Shown: in pieces, positions 1-12,600 of the stretch
Numbering within the stretch: position 1 is the first letter of the stretch
Layout of the letters: every line of letters starts with the position of its first letter
Notes under the pieces: model-generated
The model's input: the letters and a program-made list of their open reading frames with translations, nothing else
Told to the model about the DNA's origin: nothing
The model's database searches: none
Position numbers and translations under genes: made by a program
Origin: Ruditapes philippinarum
Lineage: Eukaryota
NCBI RefSeq assembly: GCF_026571515.1
Contig: NW_026861885.1
Coordinates: 1 to 64,000 of the forward strand
Direction of reading: 5' to 3'
Length of the DNA stretch: 64,000 nt

Positions 1-620
1 GGGTTTCCTGAAGAGGAGAACAAGTACCCAAGTCAGCCCCAGCATCGACCGGAATCCTGAATGAATCCAGGTCATGGGAAATGAAGGCTGACCTAAAGGA
101 ACAACTACAGTTCCCCAGGAAATCGCCCAGACTACCCTCCGGCCAGACATTGTTTTATATGGTCCAGGAATCCTAAAACGAGTGGTGCTGGTTGAGCTGA
201 CAGTCCCATGGGAGGAACGCATTGAAAGATCCCACGAGCTCAAGAGGTCCAAGTAACGAAGACTTGGCCCAATCCTGCAAGTCCAACGGCTGGAAACACT
301 CAGGTCTTCCCGATTGAGGTCGGATGTCGTGGCTTTCCCATCACAATCAGTGGTGGAGGATGCTCGGAGCAATTGGGCATCAAAGGAGCGGCACGAAAGC
401 GCACAGTCCAATGCTCTGGGGAGAACAGCCGAAAGAGCGTCCAGTTGGCTATGGATGCTCCGTAGCAAACATGAATGGCAGCCAAGGTAGACGGGGTAGG
501 GCCTGATCAACCCTACTTGTTCCACCATCCCGAGGGTGTCCCGAGTGTAAATGGAGCGAAACACCTGCAGACGGATGGTAACTCGGCTGATGACGTCTAC
601 CTCCAGCAGGACATCTGTTA
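1..620 (+). mobile_element. 3' end of an RLE-type non-LTR retrotransposon (HERO/R2-superfamily-like), frameshifted, cut by the window start
   Basis: Joining frames gives WEMKADLKEQLQFPQEIAQTTLRPDIVL..KRVVLVELTVPWEERIERSHELKRSK(Y)EDLAQSCKSNGW..VFPIEVGCRGF..AERASSWLWMLRSKHEWQPR*, stop TAG at 488-490. This is a PD..E..K restriction-like endonuclease domain with the RPD, ELTVPWE and EVGCRG motifs. Several single-base insertions break the frame. A structured 3' UTR follows. Confidence 0.85.
524..605 (+). ncRNA. Candidate hammerhead-like ribozyme with non-canonical (pseudoknotted) strand order in the retrotransposon 3' UTR
   Basis: GUC at 538-540, GAAA at 558-561 and CUGAUGA at 587-593. Stem I is CCGAGU 541-546 / ACUCGG 581-586. 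Stem III is GGGUGU 534-539 / ACACCU 561-566. Stem II is imperfect (UGGAG 552-556 / CUCCA 601-605). An extra helix pairs ACCAUCC 524-530 with GGAUGGU 573-579. Confidence 0.5.
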
Positions 621-681
621 TTCAACTCTAAAATGATGAATATTTATATTAGACAGACATCAATCCATCCATTCCTATTCC

Positions 682-759
682 TTTAATTAATTAATTAATT
701 AATTAATTAATTATTTCATTCATTCATTCATTCATTCATTCATTTCATTCATTCATTCA
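682..759. repeat. Compound (TTAA)n-(TTCA)n microsatellite
   Basis: Read directly from the sequence. Confidence 0.95.
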
Positions 760-1489
760 AGGACTTCCGTTGCACAACATCGCAACGGCGTAAATCTTAT
801 ATAAAACTGTATGTACTAAGTTAACAATAAAATTTATTCAACAAATAAACAAGCAATAGCGGATTTCCTACATTCTTCTGTCTGAATGTATTGGGCATGG
901 TTTCCCGTGCTCATCATGTGAACCCCAACTATGTTAACCAGTCACCAAGCAAAATTGTCGACCTTGAAATCCGTTAATCCGTTAACTGTCCAAAAAGCTA
1001 TACAACAACAATACGCCCAATTGGTCTTAAACGTTCCTGAAATTGAGGCTGAAAATACGAACGAAATGGGACTGAAAGTGAATTTCATTATAGCCTAATT
1101 GACTGTTCGGAAATATTTAAATGAGTAACTTTAGCACTGAATATAGCGCCCAAAGGGTTTTAAAACAAATCAATACAACTAAATGCACTGTTTAAACTTT
1201 CGGCCATAAACATAAGTGCCTGGATCTAGGAATTAGCGACCATGCCATACGTCTATGGCAAAACATCAAAGACCTAAGTATAATAAGTCATGTTCGGAGT
1301 TCTACCAAATGGCAACGTCGCACCCAGTTATACCTTTGTGACACGACGCCTGCCACCGCAAAAAGAGAGACAATGTAACTCTTTTGGAAGCAGCGACCAT
1401 CCGAACATTAAACACAAATTAAAAAGAAAAACGGATTGCCTGATGAGAACGGGAACCAGCATTATCACACTTGTACTACTCAAAGCAAT

Positions 1490-3510
1490 TACAACTACCG
1501 TACACAAATGCTTATAATGCAGACGATATCTGTGTCAGAAACAAACAATTGCCAAAGGAAGGATAAATGCACCCAATCAGCTGCAAATAGAGCGTAAGTA
1601 ACTTAACTAATGTCAGGGTGTTTCAGGTAAAAACCACCGTTTTCAATTACTCTCTTAGTCGCATAACTATTTACCCTTTTTTTGTGCTAATTTCATTGCA
1701 GCATAATAACCTGAATGGCGTCATGCATTATGACGTGGAAATATCTAGGACCAAATGATTTTACATTTAAAAGTAACAAAAATGATCTTGATTACGCTAT
1801 CAATTTGTGCACGAAATTCTTATAGATTATTTTGACCTAAATCATTACCCCCACAGTGTAATAAAATTATGTCGGGTATATCTCCAACCCTCTTTAATGT
1901 CTTAAATTAACTGAAAACATCCGGTATAGACATTTTGCTGTAGCCTTGCCACCAAATAATAATACACTTCAAATCTAGGCTTGCTCCACCAGGCCTTTGC
2001 CTTGCTACCGTAAATGCTTGCTTTAGTGTAGACGATCCAATACCTTTTCTGTGCTTTGAATACATTGGCTTGAATTAATTCAAAGCTAAGGCACCTGCGT
2101 GTTAGCATAAAAAATGGTTCACCTTATATATGTAGAATTTGATACTACTTCGATATAACCTTCACTTTCATCTACCAGTAAATCAGATATTAAAATTACA
2201 TTTGCAGCTGATATTTTGCTCGGTCACATCACTCATTCTAAGGAAAGCAAAATATGCAAGACAATAACCTGCTGCGAATCCATGACTTTAATACAAATTT
2301 GAACAAACCGCAGGCAAAACTGACAAAATATGCTGCAATACATGTTGAGGTATTGTTAGTCTTGACTCTCTTACTCTGGCAGACCTCTTCAAACCCTCTA
2401 AAAGCTTGTCAATAATGTAATGCATTGAAACGTAACAAACATTGCTAATCTTTAATCGAAACCCAATTGTATTACATATAAATGGGCAGTTGAAAATGCA
2501 ATTTCTTTTAATGATAACCAGGAAATAAACATGACTTTTTGCTCTATGGTAGGTGGCCAAACTGACTGCATGCTTTAAATGTTCCTAAAACGTTCAAAAC
2601 AATTAAGCCTTGTGTTGTAAACTCTGTGTTATCTGCAAACGAAGCGTTTAACTATCTTTCAGCTTCAGATTGAACCTCAATGAAAAAGAAACGATCTGGT
2701 ATATTCGCTGTTTTCTGGTTTGCCTCTGCAGTAAACTTTCAGAAACAGTCCAACTGCATTCGAGAAGTTGAGTAAGCGATTGAGATTGCACTGCTTTAAA
2801 CAAAATACCTAACTCCTTTGCTAATAATACAAACTGACGAACTGATTGCATAAAATGCTTTGATTTTGATGCTTGCTTGATTATGACTACAGCTAAATTC
2901 TCATTATCTAATAAAACTTTCTTATGTTGAAACTGTCTCCCCCATAAACATAAGGCGAGCATAACAGGGACTATTTTTAAAAAGGTGATGTCCTTCATAA
3001 TCATGTCACACAATGTTTTAGGCCACACAAGAAACGACTATTCTACTCCGTAAAAACAACCATAACCCATTTTTGAGTACCCTGCACTGTCAGTAAATAA
3101 CTTCAAATTACTACTATCTAACCATACGTCATCTGGGATATAACTGACACCGCGGAATGAATACAAAAATGTGAGCCACACCGTTAAATAAAGTCTTACC
3201 GCTTCTGAAATTCTGAAATGGGAAGCATATGATAAGGCTTTTTAACATAGGACATGACATCATAGCATCTTCGCAAGAATTTCCTTCTCGAACGTAATGC
3301 TTGACTGCAAAAAGACATTTTACATACTAATGACGACACACTGACGAAACTGAACTGAGGAGTGCACTGCCTATAGTTAAAATAAAAACACTCTTTTGTA
3401 CTTTTTTGCATACTGACCCCAAACATACTAGCAGATGCACCAATGTATAATAACCAAAGCTCATAATCTATCTTGGCAAAAGATATGCCAGTTGGATCTG
3501 CGGCCAGGCG
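1490..3510 (-). mobile_element. Degenerate, internally deleted Ngaro/DIRS-order tyrosine-recombinase retrotransposon
   Basis: Minus-strand order: ORF1 end (RLAADPTGISFAKIDYELWLLY..CFYFNYRQC); RT C-terminus (FCSQALRSRRKFLRRCYD..KKPYH); RNase H (LFTDSAG..WP..DITFLKIVPVMLALCLWG..DN); YR (IDKLLEGLKR..R..LPAVCSNLY..FAFLRMSD); SGNH hydrolase (WIV..ARQRPGG..IWWQGY, PDIILLHCGGNDLG near 1835-1880, ADWVHLS near 1560-1585). Many stops and frameshifts. Confidence 0.8.
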
Positions 3511-4321
3511 CAATCTTAACTGTTGATCGTCATCTCAGTCCCCGTACTCATATAGGGAGGGCTCATTTTGAGGAAGTTGGTTGGTTACCAGTACATCAGA
3601 GGGTAAATTTCCTTATTCTTGGTCATGTACATAAGATACATAACAATAGTGCACGTAGTTATTTAAATGAGCATTTTCAAATTGCAAATGAGGTACAATT
3701 CTTACTCCACTCGATTTAGAGATAGTAACAGTTATTCTATTCCAAGAGTTAAGGGTTTCGTAAGAAAACATTTGTATTTAATGGTTGTCAGGGAATGGAA
3801 CAGGTTACCAACACATCTTAGGTTCATAGCAAGTCGTGATAATTTTAAAAAAATCTCTTAAGGAACATTTTATGCAATCAATATCTGTTTAGTCATTTTA
3901 ATCTAGTCATCTTACCTAGTTTTTATTTATATATTTTTTATGTTTAGTGCATATTTTAGTAGTACCTATTCATTGTCAAACATATCTGTCATAATAATTA
4001 TGATTATAATACATGTGTGATAAATTTTTGTGATGGAAATACTTATGTGCAATAATTGATATAAGAAATTGTGATTGAATAATTTATGTGCAATACTTAA
4101 AAATTAGTAAATATTTTGCCTTTCTGGTGTCATATGATCAATTCTAAGGACCACAATGGAAATAAGTCGGCTTATGCCTTCTTTTTGTGTCATCCTTGGT
4201 ATTGAATATATGGCATCAACACATGCACTTTCATGTTTACATGTATCTCTTGATGTTGACATTGAATTTGTAGTTGTTTTATGACATGTATTTTTTACCA
4301 GAATAAAACTATCTATCTATT
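3511..4321 (+). mobile_element. 5'-truncated CR1/L2-group LINE (ORF2 C-terminus plus 3' UTR)
   Basis: SPRTHIGRAHFEEVGWLPVHQRVNFLILGHVHKIHNN..SYL..HSYSTR..YSIPRVKGF..WNRLPTHLR..FKK is typical of the region after RT. The 3' UTR has GGACCACAATGGAAATAAG, then AATAAA and a (CTAT)n tail near 4300-4320. Confidence 0.8.
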
Positions 4322-4398
4322 CCAACCTTAACCCATGTGCCTATTTGATGCTGTTTTATAGTGTTTATATATTTTTAAGGATATGACTCCAGAAAAAA

Positions 4399-4567
4399 AT
4401 CCGCGCAGTCTGATTAGGATCCATGTTGTTCGCTATCAGTTTCTCTACTTGTAATAGAGTTGGTAAGCGATCAGCATGGATCCTGATCAGACTGCGCGGA
4501 TGTGCAAGCTGGTCTGGATCCATGCTGGTCTCAAACCCATTATGTTGGTTTTGTCGTGACGCGGCTC
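4399..4567. mobile_element. Partial palindromic MITE (Sola-like), copy 1
   Basis: Matches the copies at 5448 and 14836; ends ..GTGACGCGGCTC followed by ATAT. Confidence 0.85.
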
Positions 4568-4858
4568 ATATTGCCCTGAAATAATTATATGTTTTATTGT
4601 GTTACTGACATGAAACACACGCTGATTATAGACACTTGCAACAGCTACCGGGCCCAAGTCAAACTGAAAATCATTACCAAATATAGTACAATTTTCTATA
4701 CTTGCCGGTGGGGAAATTGGAGGCTCTACATGAGGCAAAGTTGTCGATGCACTTACCTATTACAAATAAAGTGACATGACTATGTACCCTTGGTGGATCT
4801 ACTGCAGATGCTAATTGACTCTGTGGTACAGTTGAATTTTGACTAACTTCTATTTGCG

Positions 4859-4973
4859 TGATATAAACCATAAAAATTGAATTACAGGATCTTTAAACGC
4901 ATAAAAACCTTTTATTTTGAAATGATACTAAAGTTAAAGATCCTGTTACTCAATTTCTTATGGTTTTATATCA
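4859..4973. repeat. Inverted repeat / foldback remnant
   Basis: TGATATAAACCATAAAAATTGAATTACAGGATCTTTAA pairs imperfectly with TTAAAGATCCTGTTACTCAATTTCTTATGGTTTTATATCA. Confidence 0.7.
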
Positions 4974-5447
4974 TTAGTATAATGCTCAAATGAAGATTTA
5001 TCAATATTGTAAGTTCAAAAAAAAAACAAAAAAGAAAAAAAAAAAGAAAAAAAAAACATTTTCAAAGATATAACCGAATTTACATTTTCATGCATTAAAT
5101 GAAAGGAGGTAATTAGAAATTTATTTTCTGATGTCTGAGTCAAATTTTTCAATAAGAAAAAAGAAATGAATGCATATATTTTGATGATTACATATAATGT
5201 GGCCAAATATTTGCAGTACATATTTTACATATTCTTCGATGTTTGAAAATTGTTTAAGAAGGATAATTATAAACATATATAAAATTTCACTTAAGTGTGG
5301 TTACAACCTTAATTACAACATACATCATCTTTAAACCGAAAGAGGTATTATTTTGATCTTGGTCAAGCATGATAATTCATTCAAATTAAAAATGATACAT
5401 ATTTGGTAAAAGTTGCGCATGCGCTTGATCATATAGATATTTTATAT

Positions 5448-5667
5448 GAGCCGTGTCAAGACAAAACATCATAATGGGTTTGCGACCAGCATGGATCCAG
5501 ACCAGCCTACGCATCCGCGCGGTCTGATCAGGATCCATGCTGTTCGCTATCAGTTTCACTACTTGTAATAGAGTTAGTAATCCTGATCAGACTGCGCGGA
5601 TGCGCAGGCTGGTCTGTATCCATGCTGGTCGCAAAACCATTATGTTTGTTTTGTCGTGACGCGGCTC
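5448..5667. mobile_element. Palindromic MITE (Sola-like), copy 2
   Basis: GAGCC..GGCTC termini, long inverted arms, flanks ATAT / AATT. Confidence 0.85.
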
Positions 5668-6449
5668 AATTATGTTTTCTTTCTGAATTATTACTGAAGC
5701 GAATCGTATTAGATGAAGTTTAAAAGTTATAAGTAATTTCGCTACTGAATCTGTTCCTATCTTTACAAGAGAAAAATGATAACATACTGCATACATACAT
5801 TCCTTATCCGAAGTTGTAACTAAGCTTGCAATACCTTGTTAAATTCAAATCTTAACCCTGTCAAAAATCTGGATCAACTTTAATTATAATCAAATCTGCC
5901 ATTGGAAATTACTAGTATTTTAAATCGGTAACATATTTTGATAGTTGGTGGTTTAAATTAATAGAAAAAACATTTTATGCTAAATATATTCTTATGCATT
6001 ATTTTAATGGTACTTAATCAGGACCTTATCCGGGTTTTTGTCCATGGACCTAGTGCAATGACTTTTGTGTTTAAACTTACCTTAATGATAAATGGATTAT
6101 TATATTAAAAAATTCTTGCATATCAAAAAATTCTTGCGTCCTCAGAATAGAGTATGGAAGAGCACTAGTGTCAATGATATAAATTTAGTAATTCGTAAAT
6201 TACAAATTCTGATCGTTAAATCAAGTAAGCATAAATGATAAATTTTCTTTTATCATTGAGTTGAGTCAAAATCATGTTGACTCAACCGGTACACAGAAAT
6301 TGCGCGTCAGCTATTATTATTACATCTTGTGTTACTACAACAACCTGAGTAAACACCTAAAAATCGACGAAACCCTGATGTTATCTACGGGTCGTGAGTA
6401 TTTTACATTTTACCTTCAATTTATTATATTTTTATTGTATATTTGATTC

Positions 6450-9400
6450 TACTTATTGTGTGTTTGTATATGTTCGCAATAGCTATCGCTGAGGTTTAAA
6501 CATTCCAAATAGTTCAAGCATATACAATTATGTACAACTACATGCCATGATACAGTATTGAAAAGATGTAATTTTCTCTCCTGTGAATAGGAAATGGTAT
6601 AGCATAATGAACAGTAACATGAAATAATTACATTTATAAAGAGTGAAATGAGTTATAATAGTAATAAAAGTGAATGCAACAACTGTTGTGCATCATATTG
6701 AATTGTTATTTCGAAGTGGGAGTAGGTACGGAAGAAAATATTTTGATGTGCAGTTTTAAATTCAGAAACTAATATATTTATACTCGTTTATGTTTGATTT
6801 TCTTATTGCTCATGGTAAGGAAGTAATCTAGAAAGTAGGATAGTTATAGAGGCAGAACTTAGAGAGCAAGATGTGGCCATTGTCATGAAAGATATGATAG
6901 ATCAGTCGTGAAGAAGGAGGTGTCTGTAATAGTTCTTTATAGAAAAGGAAAAATCACTGATGTTTCAAATATGTTTATTCTTTAGAGATTGTCGGGATTA
7001 TTTTTTATCTTGGATGTAATACCTAGGATATCTTATAAATATCGTAACACAAATTCATAATGACAAACGATGAAAATAATGAGAAAAAAAAACTAAAATA
7101 GCACTTGTTAGCGTTCGTAAATGCATGGATGTACAGAAAACACATAAAGAGTGGTATAAGACGGAACGGCTTTGTGCTAGAGATAAATTCGTGTACAAGT
7201 TTGTTTCATCACTGAGCTCTCTTCCGCCGTAAATAGTGAGATTGTTGTTGAAGCTGTCCTGTGAGAATGGTCCTCTGGTGGGAAAAATGATGAAATATAA
7301 TGACATTTATCTCACCAATAATGTATTTAGAAAAGAGATCTCCTCTGAGGATGTTTAAATTGGTTCTAAGATATTTGTGTAAGATTTGGAGCTTACGGCT
7401 ACCATGGTACTAATATGAAGGCACTTTTTAAATTTGAAGAATAATCAATTGAGTTTGTTCTGGAATATGTCTATGCTAGGTGCATTTCTGACTTCCACAG
7501 GTATTTGGTTCTAGTCACTTTTTGTATAAAGCAGGCAAGATTTTGAAAAGAATTGAGTGTTACAATGTATTTTCTGGTACTGGGATCATTTCTTAGATTA
7601 TAAGGAATAATATCATCCAAAGATTCAGGGACTTATAGCAATAGATATGGTGGCACCAGGATGTTCGTCATTTTAAAACAGTATTAATTTATGTTGAAGA
7701 CTTTTAGATTTCAGAGTTTCAAGACCATTGTCTTTGTAAATGTTTGATAGTGAGACTAATTTGATTGCTCCAGACGAGCTGTTTCCAGCTGGATCTGTTC
7801 TAATTCATGATCCTTTTAAATTTTGTGTCAAATTGTCCTATACGACGTCTGCATACGTTAAGACTGACCTAATAGAAGTTGTTTCTAGTATTTTAATTAC
7901 CGCACGTTGTGTTTGGTATTCGAAATCTGTTTACACCAGGAACCATTTTTAAATAGCGTAACTCCAAGGTATTTATGGGATTCTTCTTCAGAAATTTGAA
8001 TATCATTCATGAAAAAAGGTGGATGATTATGTGGTTGATGCTTCTTAGATATAAGAATTGATTCGGTTTCGCTCGGATTGAACTTGACGAGCCCAGGTAT
8101 CTGCCCATCTGCTGATCTTGTTACGGTCTGAGTGCAGGATTTCTGCAACGATTTTCAAGAAGAAGATAAAGAGAAGTGTCATCAGCAAACAGCCTATGAA
8201 TGATTTATGTCCTAAACAATGTCATTGATATAGGCAATGAACGTAAGAGGTCCCAATATTAAGCCTTGGGGAACACCAGCGTAAATATTAAATAAGTTTG
8301 AAATAGATCCGGATAGAACAACTCGTTTTTGTCGATCAGATAAATAGTCTTTGGAACATTCGAGGAGATTACCAGAAATCCCTGTCAAAGACAATTTATG
8401 TAATAGACCTTGTGTCAGACTTGATCTGATCCTTTGGAAATATCACAAAAAAGCTGCTCTTACTTTTTTGTCTTCATCAAGAGCTTGGCAAAAATATGAT
8501 AAAATGAGGTAAGTTGAGGTACAGCGACAAATCCAGACTGGAAGGAAATGATTGTTATCAATAAAGAAATCTGAAACATGCATGTGAGCATTTTTTTTCC
8601 ATCACTTTAAGGATACTTAGAAGCTTTGTCTTTCATTTGAAATATTTTGAAGATCTCCCTTTTTTATACACAATAGATACATAGGCTAATTACCACTGTG
8701 AAGAAACTTTTCTAGACCCTTTATAAAGACAGAAAAGGCAGCGGAGTGGATCAGCAAGTTCTATAGTTAGAGTTTTTTTAGGGTTTCATTATTATGATGT
8801 TCGAACCTACCGCCATCCCTACCTTTAATGATTTAAGTAGTGAGGCGAATTCTTATGGTGTTGTATGTATGTAATGTGTTTAACGTTGTTTCTTCAAATT
8901 CCTTGATGTTGTCAGCAAATTCAGTTTGTTATTGAAAATATATTAAGGCATTGGCTTTGTCATTGTTTGTTGTGTATGTTTTGTCATTGTTAGTGTCACA
9001 GTTAGTGGTGTAGTTGGTATGTTGCTGTTTTGTGTACATTTATATTTGGTTTGATAAATAGTTTCAATATTTTCCATTGATCGAATGATGTCAGGTTGCT
9101 ATACATTAACCTTTCAGCAATTTTTCTTGCGTGATTGGTGCGTGCATTTCTTATTAGTTGTGTAGTCTTATTTCTTAACTGCTTATAAATAGCCCGGTGA
9201 TGTGCATTGTTTTGCATATGAATTTTATCGTATGCTCTTTTGCGCTTTCTGATCTTTTTTTTTTATAATTTGATTGTACATCCATTGTGAACCTGTTTTT
9301 CTGACTATATGTGTTTTGTTATGAATTGTTTCTTGAGTAAATTTATGAAATTGTGATGTAATATTAAGTGCTTTTTCGTTGATATCGTTATGTTGTAGAG

Positions 9401-9480
9401 TGTACCAGTCGAAAGTTGAAACACTTTGCCTTAGATTAACAAAACCACCCCTATCGGTATAACTCACAGCAGTGTTTGAG
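6450..9480 (-). mobile_element. Degenerate CR1/L2-group LINE ORF2 (RT) and 3' UTR
   Basis: Minus strand: YKQLRNKTTQLIRNAR linker; GISGNLL..DYLSDRQKRVVL..GVPQGLILGPLTFIAYINDIV..LFADDTSL (RT motifs, about 8170-8390); VKFNPSETES..HKYLGVT; C-terminal YHGSRKLQILH. Heavily frameshifted; boundaries approximate. Confidence 0.85.
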
Positions 9481-9616
9481 TAATACCTCTAAAGTAATGT
9501 TCTTTTAAATCTAATTTGAAAATACCAGTTCGAATTACTCTTCATACTCGTTACCTCAACTGCATGTCTTTTTTATATTACAGGTAAACCGTAAGGAGTG
9601 CAACAGTCAGTAGCAA

Positions 9617-12600
9617 ATGGCGAATTTCTTTGACAATTTAAGGTCAACAATGAGGGGCATGTCACCATCAGAGGTTGCAGAATGCTACACTAAATGGACG
9701 GAAAATGGGCAGTATGACAAGGTAGATCTGGTATAAATGAATTAAGACAATAAATAGATTTTTAAAGTTAATATTTGTAACCATTTATATAATTTTGATA
9801 CATCTTAAAATATTATTTTCGTTTATGATTCATCATCACTTAATCTTCATATTACAAGACAAGTGTTTATATGTTATTTACGTACAAAAAATGTGGACAT
9901 ACACGTAAAGAAAGATTGACAATTTTCTTTTGTTAACGATTTTATTTTTGTTGGGATTTTACGTGGCATCAACATTGTTAAGGTCATTTTTTGATGAAGG
10001 AAGGCACCATGTGTCCCTTTGTGCATAATTTCAGGCACGACAGTAGAAGCACTGATCTTAAGCTGGCTGGAAAACGTCTTCACATACAGTAATCTAAACT
10101 CTTGTTGGAATTCGAACTAAATGTGTTAGATTGATGCCTTTATTGAACCAGTATTGATAGAGCCCTAACTCTGAGCTTTCATTCAATACCCGTTTATCAT
10201 AAAACGCAAACATTTGCATGTGCTCTTATCATAAGAGTTGTGGGGAAATTATGATTGGGTATGCTCAAAAGTCGACAAAATTCTGTAAAAAATTGTTTAA
10301 GTCAAGATGTTTTCAAACTTTTTTTATATAATTTCGATAATTATTCTGAAAACTTCCGAAAAAAGTTAAAACCATATAACTTTACTGCCAATACTATGTC
10401 CAGTACTTATAACAATTCACAACATAAAACAACTAGCCTTATATTTATAACTTGTTTAGTTTGTAGAACTTCTTTCTCTCATATTTTAATATTCTTCTTA
10501 AATGATAATTTTATAATATTGTACTCATTTTTCTATCGGTATTTGATAATCCAGGACATGGAAGCACGCAATTTTTCTGCACCATCAATTTTAGCTGACG
10601 AAGTGGCCAAATGTTTCCCGGTGACTAGAGATAAAATTAAGATAATGGACATTGCCTGTGGAACCGGTCTTGTTGGAGAAAAGGTAAATTCCTCCTTCAA
10701 TTTCATTCAAAAGAACACATTTACATTTTAGCTATTTTATTTCCTAGGTCAAACTAAATGCTTAATCAAGCTACATACATCTCTGGCCGCGTCATGTACT
10801 AAAACATATAGGAATGGTAATAACTTTTCAACACTCGGCTATAAGTATCAAATGATTAGATCTTTAGCTTTTTAGGCTGTAGTATATATATGTGACTGTA
10901 AAGGATATTATGCAAATATTATAACATATGAATAACGTTGATCATCGCGCTGTACAAAGCTTGTAACTGAATCATATCCTAAAATGAAACGGTCGACTGC
11001 TCGCTCACACATTCTGTAATATAAATATTTAGTTAATCATTCTAAGATATGTTATCGTAGTTGATAAAGGTATTATGAACCTAAATTGCAAATACAGTTA
11101 TATAATTATATGTATAATAATTCAGAACATTTTATTTTACTTCTATGATTCCCATCCTTCATTGTTATTCCCCCTATAGTATTAATACAATGAAACCTTG
11201 ATCGCAAAATAACAACATTACATTGGTTATTGAAATTACTTTTGCAATATCTAAGACATATTGACATAAAGGTTTACACGTTAAATTTGCTTCCATAAAA
11301 GGAAGAAACGGTTTCAATTTTTGATGTTTTAGAGTAAATCAAGACTTGTATTTGGAAACAAACAAATGTCCACCCACCAAGCTTGATCCAGAAAAGAATA
11401 CGACCTTTGACTTCCAATGAATGCATGGTTATAACAAGTAGAGTATAAGACATTTGAAGAAGCATTTATAAACATTTTCAGTGTAAGAAGCATCCCTGAA
11501 ATAATTAACAAAGATATTTCCGGATAAAATCAACATTGAAATATTTTTGACATCTAAGTATAACACAGTAAATTTCTTGTATATAAGACGGGATAAAGAA
11601 ACAGAGGAGCTACACCCCCGTGTAAGGCTTCAGAACCACACGCCTTTTATGCCATATTTAAGCTTAGGGCAACGCTATATCACAATAATATTATTGCTTT
11701 GGATGACAACCAAGACCTGGACCTTTAAAGCAGAAAATCTGATTATTTCTCGCAACGTGTAAACATTTCTGGCCATTTTTTTTCACGAAAAATTCATATT
11801 ATTACAGTGGGCGTACAAATGGACCTTGACCATTAAACTTGAAACCTGACTTCTGCCTGCAACCCGTCGTCACGATGTACAACATATTTATTCCATTCAG
11901 GAATCATTCAGTGCGTTCTTATGGAAAAGAAATTACTTTAGATCTACAGTTATGAGATACAAATCTGAATGACAGAATTGTTGACCAGACATAACGTTAA
12001 GTCACTTTTATGCAATTTGTTTTTAAAATCAAAGTGTTTCCTTTGATCTTTGAGCTACAGACCTGACTTTCACTCATCACATTTTCTGGACGTGCTACAC
12101 TTTTACCCTAAAGCTATGACATAAACGGAAGAAGTTATGGACTTGACGGACAACAGTCGGACGGACTTTGTAAAATGTATATGTTGCCCCCATTTTTTTT
12201 TGCTGGACGGAGATATAAAAACTGAACCATCACAAAAAAAATACAAATTCTTTTTCATCAATGATACACTGGACATAAAAAATATGTATTATTTTCATGT
12301 AAATTGGTCGTCGTTCTTTGATTACAAAGTGGCGTCTTTCTACCCTCCATTTATCTAACAAACGTCATTTTCTTCCTTGTAGCTAGCAGCGTATGGCTTT
12401 ACAGATATTGATGGTCTTGACCCATCTGAAGGAATGTTAAATCAATGTAAGGAAAGGCGTCACTACAAGAAGCTATATCAAGAATTCTGTGGTGACAATC
12501 AACTTCATATTGATAATGGTAAGGCTAAATGTGTGATAAAAAGCGAACAAACATGTGTTATTCTAATTTTAATATTTCTTTCTTAACTCATGCATTATTA

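Noticed and set aside
4487-5796. ORFs sharing EPRHDKTNIM..RPAWIQTSL
   Set aside because: They are translations of the MITE arms.
10255-10731. 158-aa single-exon ORF, and similar read-through tails on other exon ORFs
   Set aside because: Only 10555-10683 is flanked by splice sites and carries methyltransferase motifs; the rest is intron read-through.
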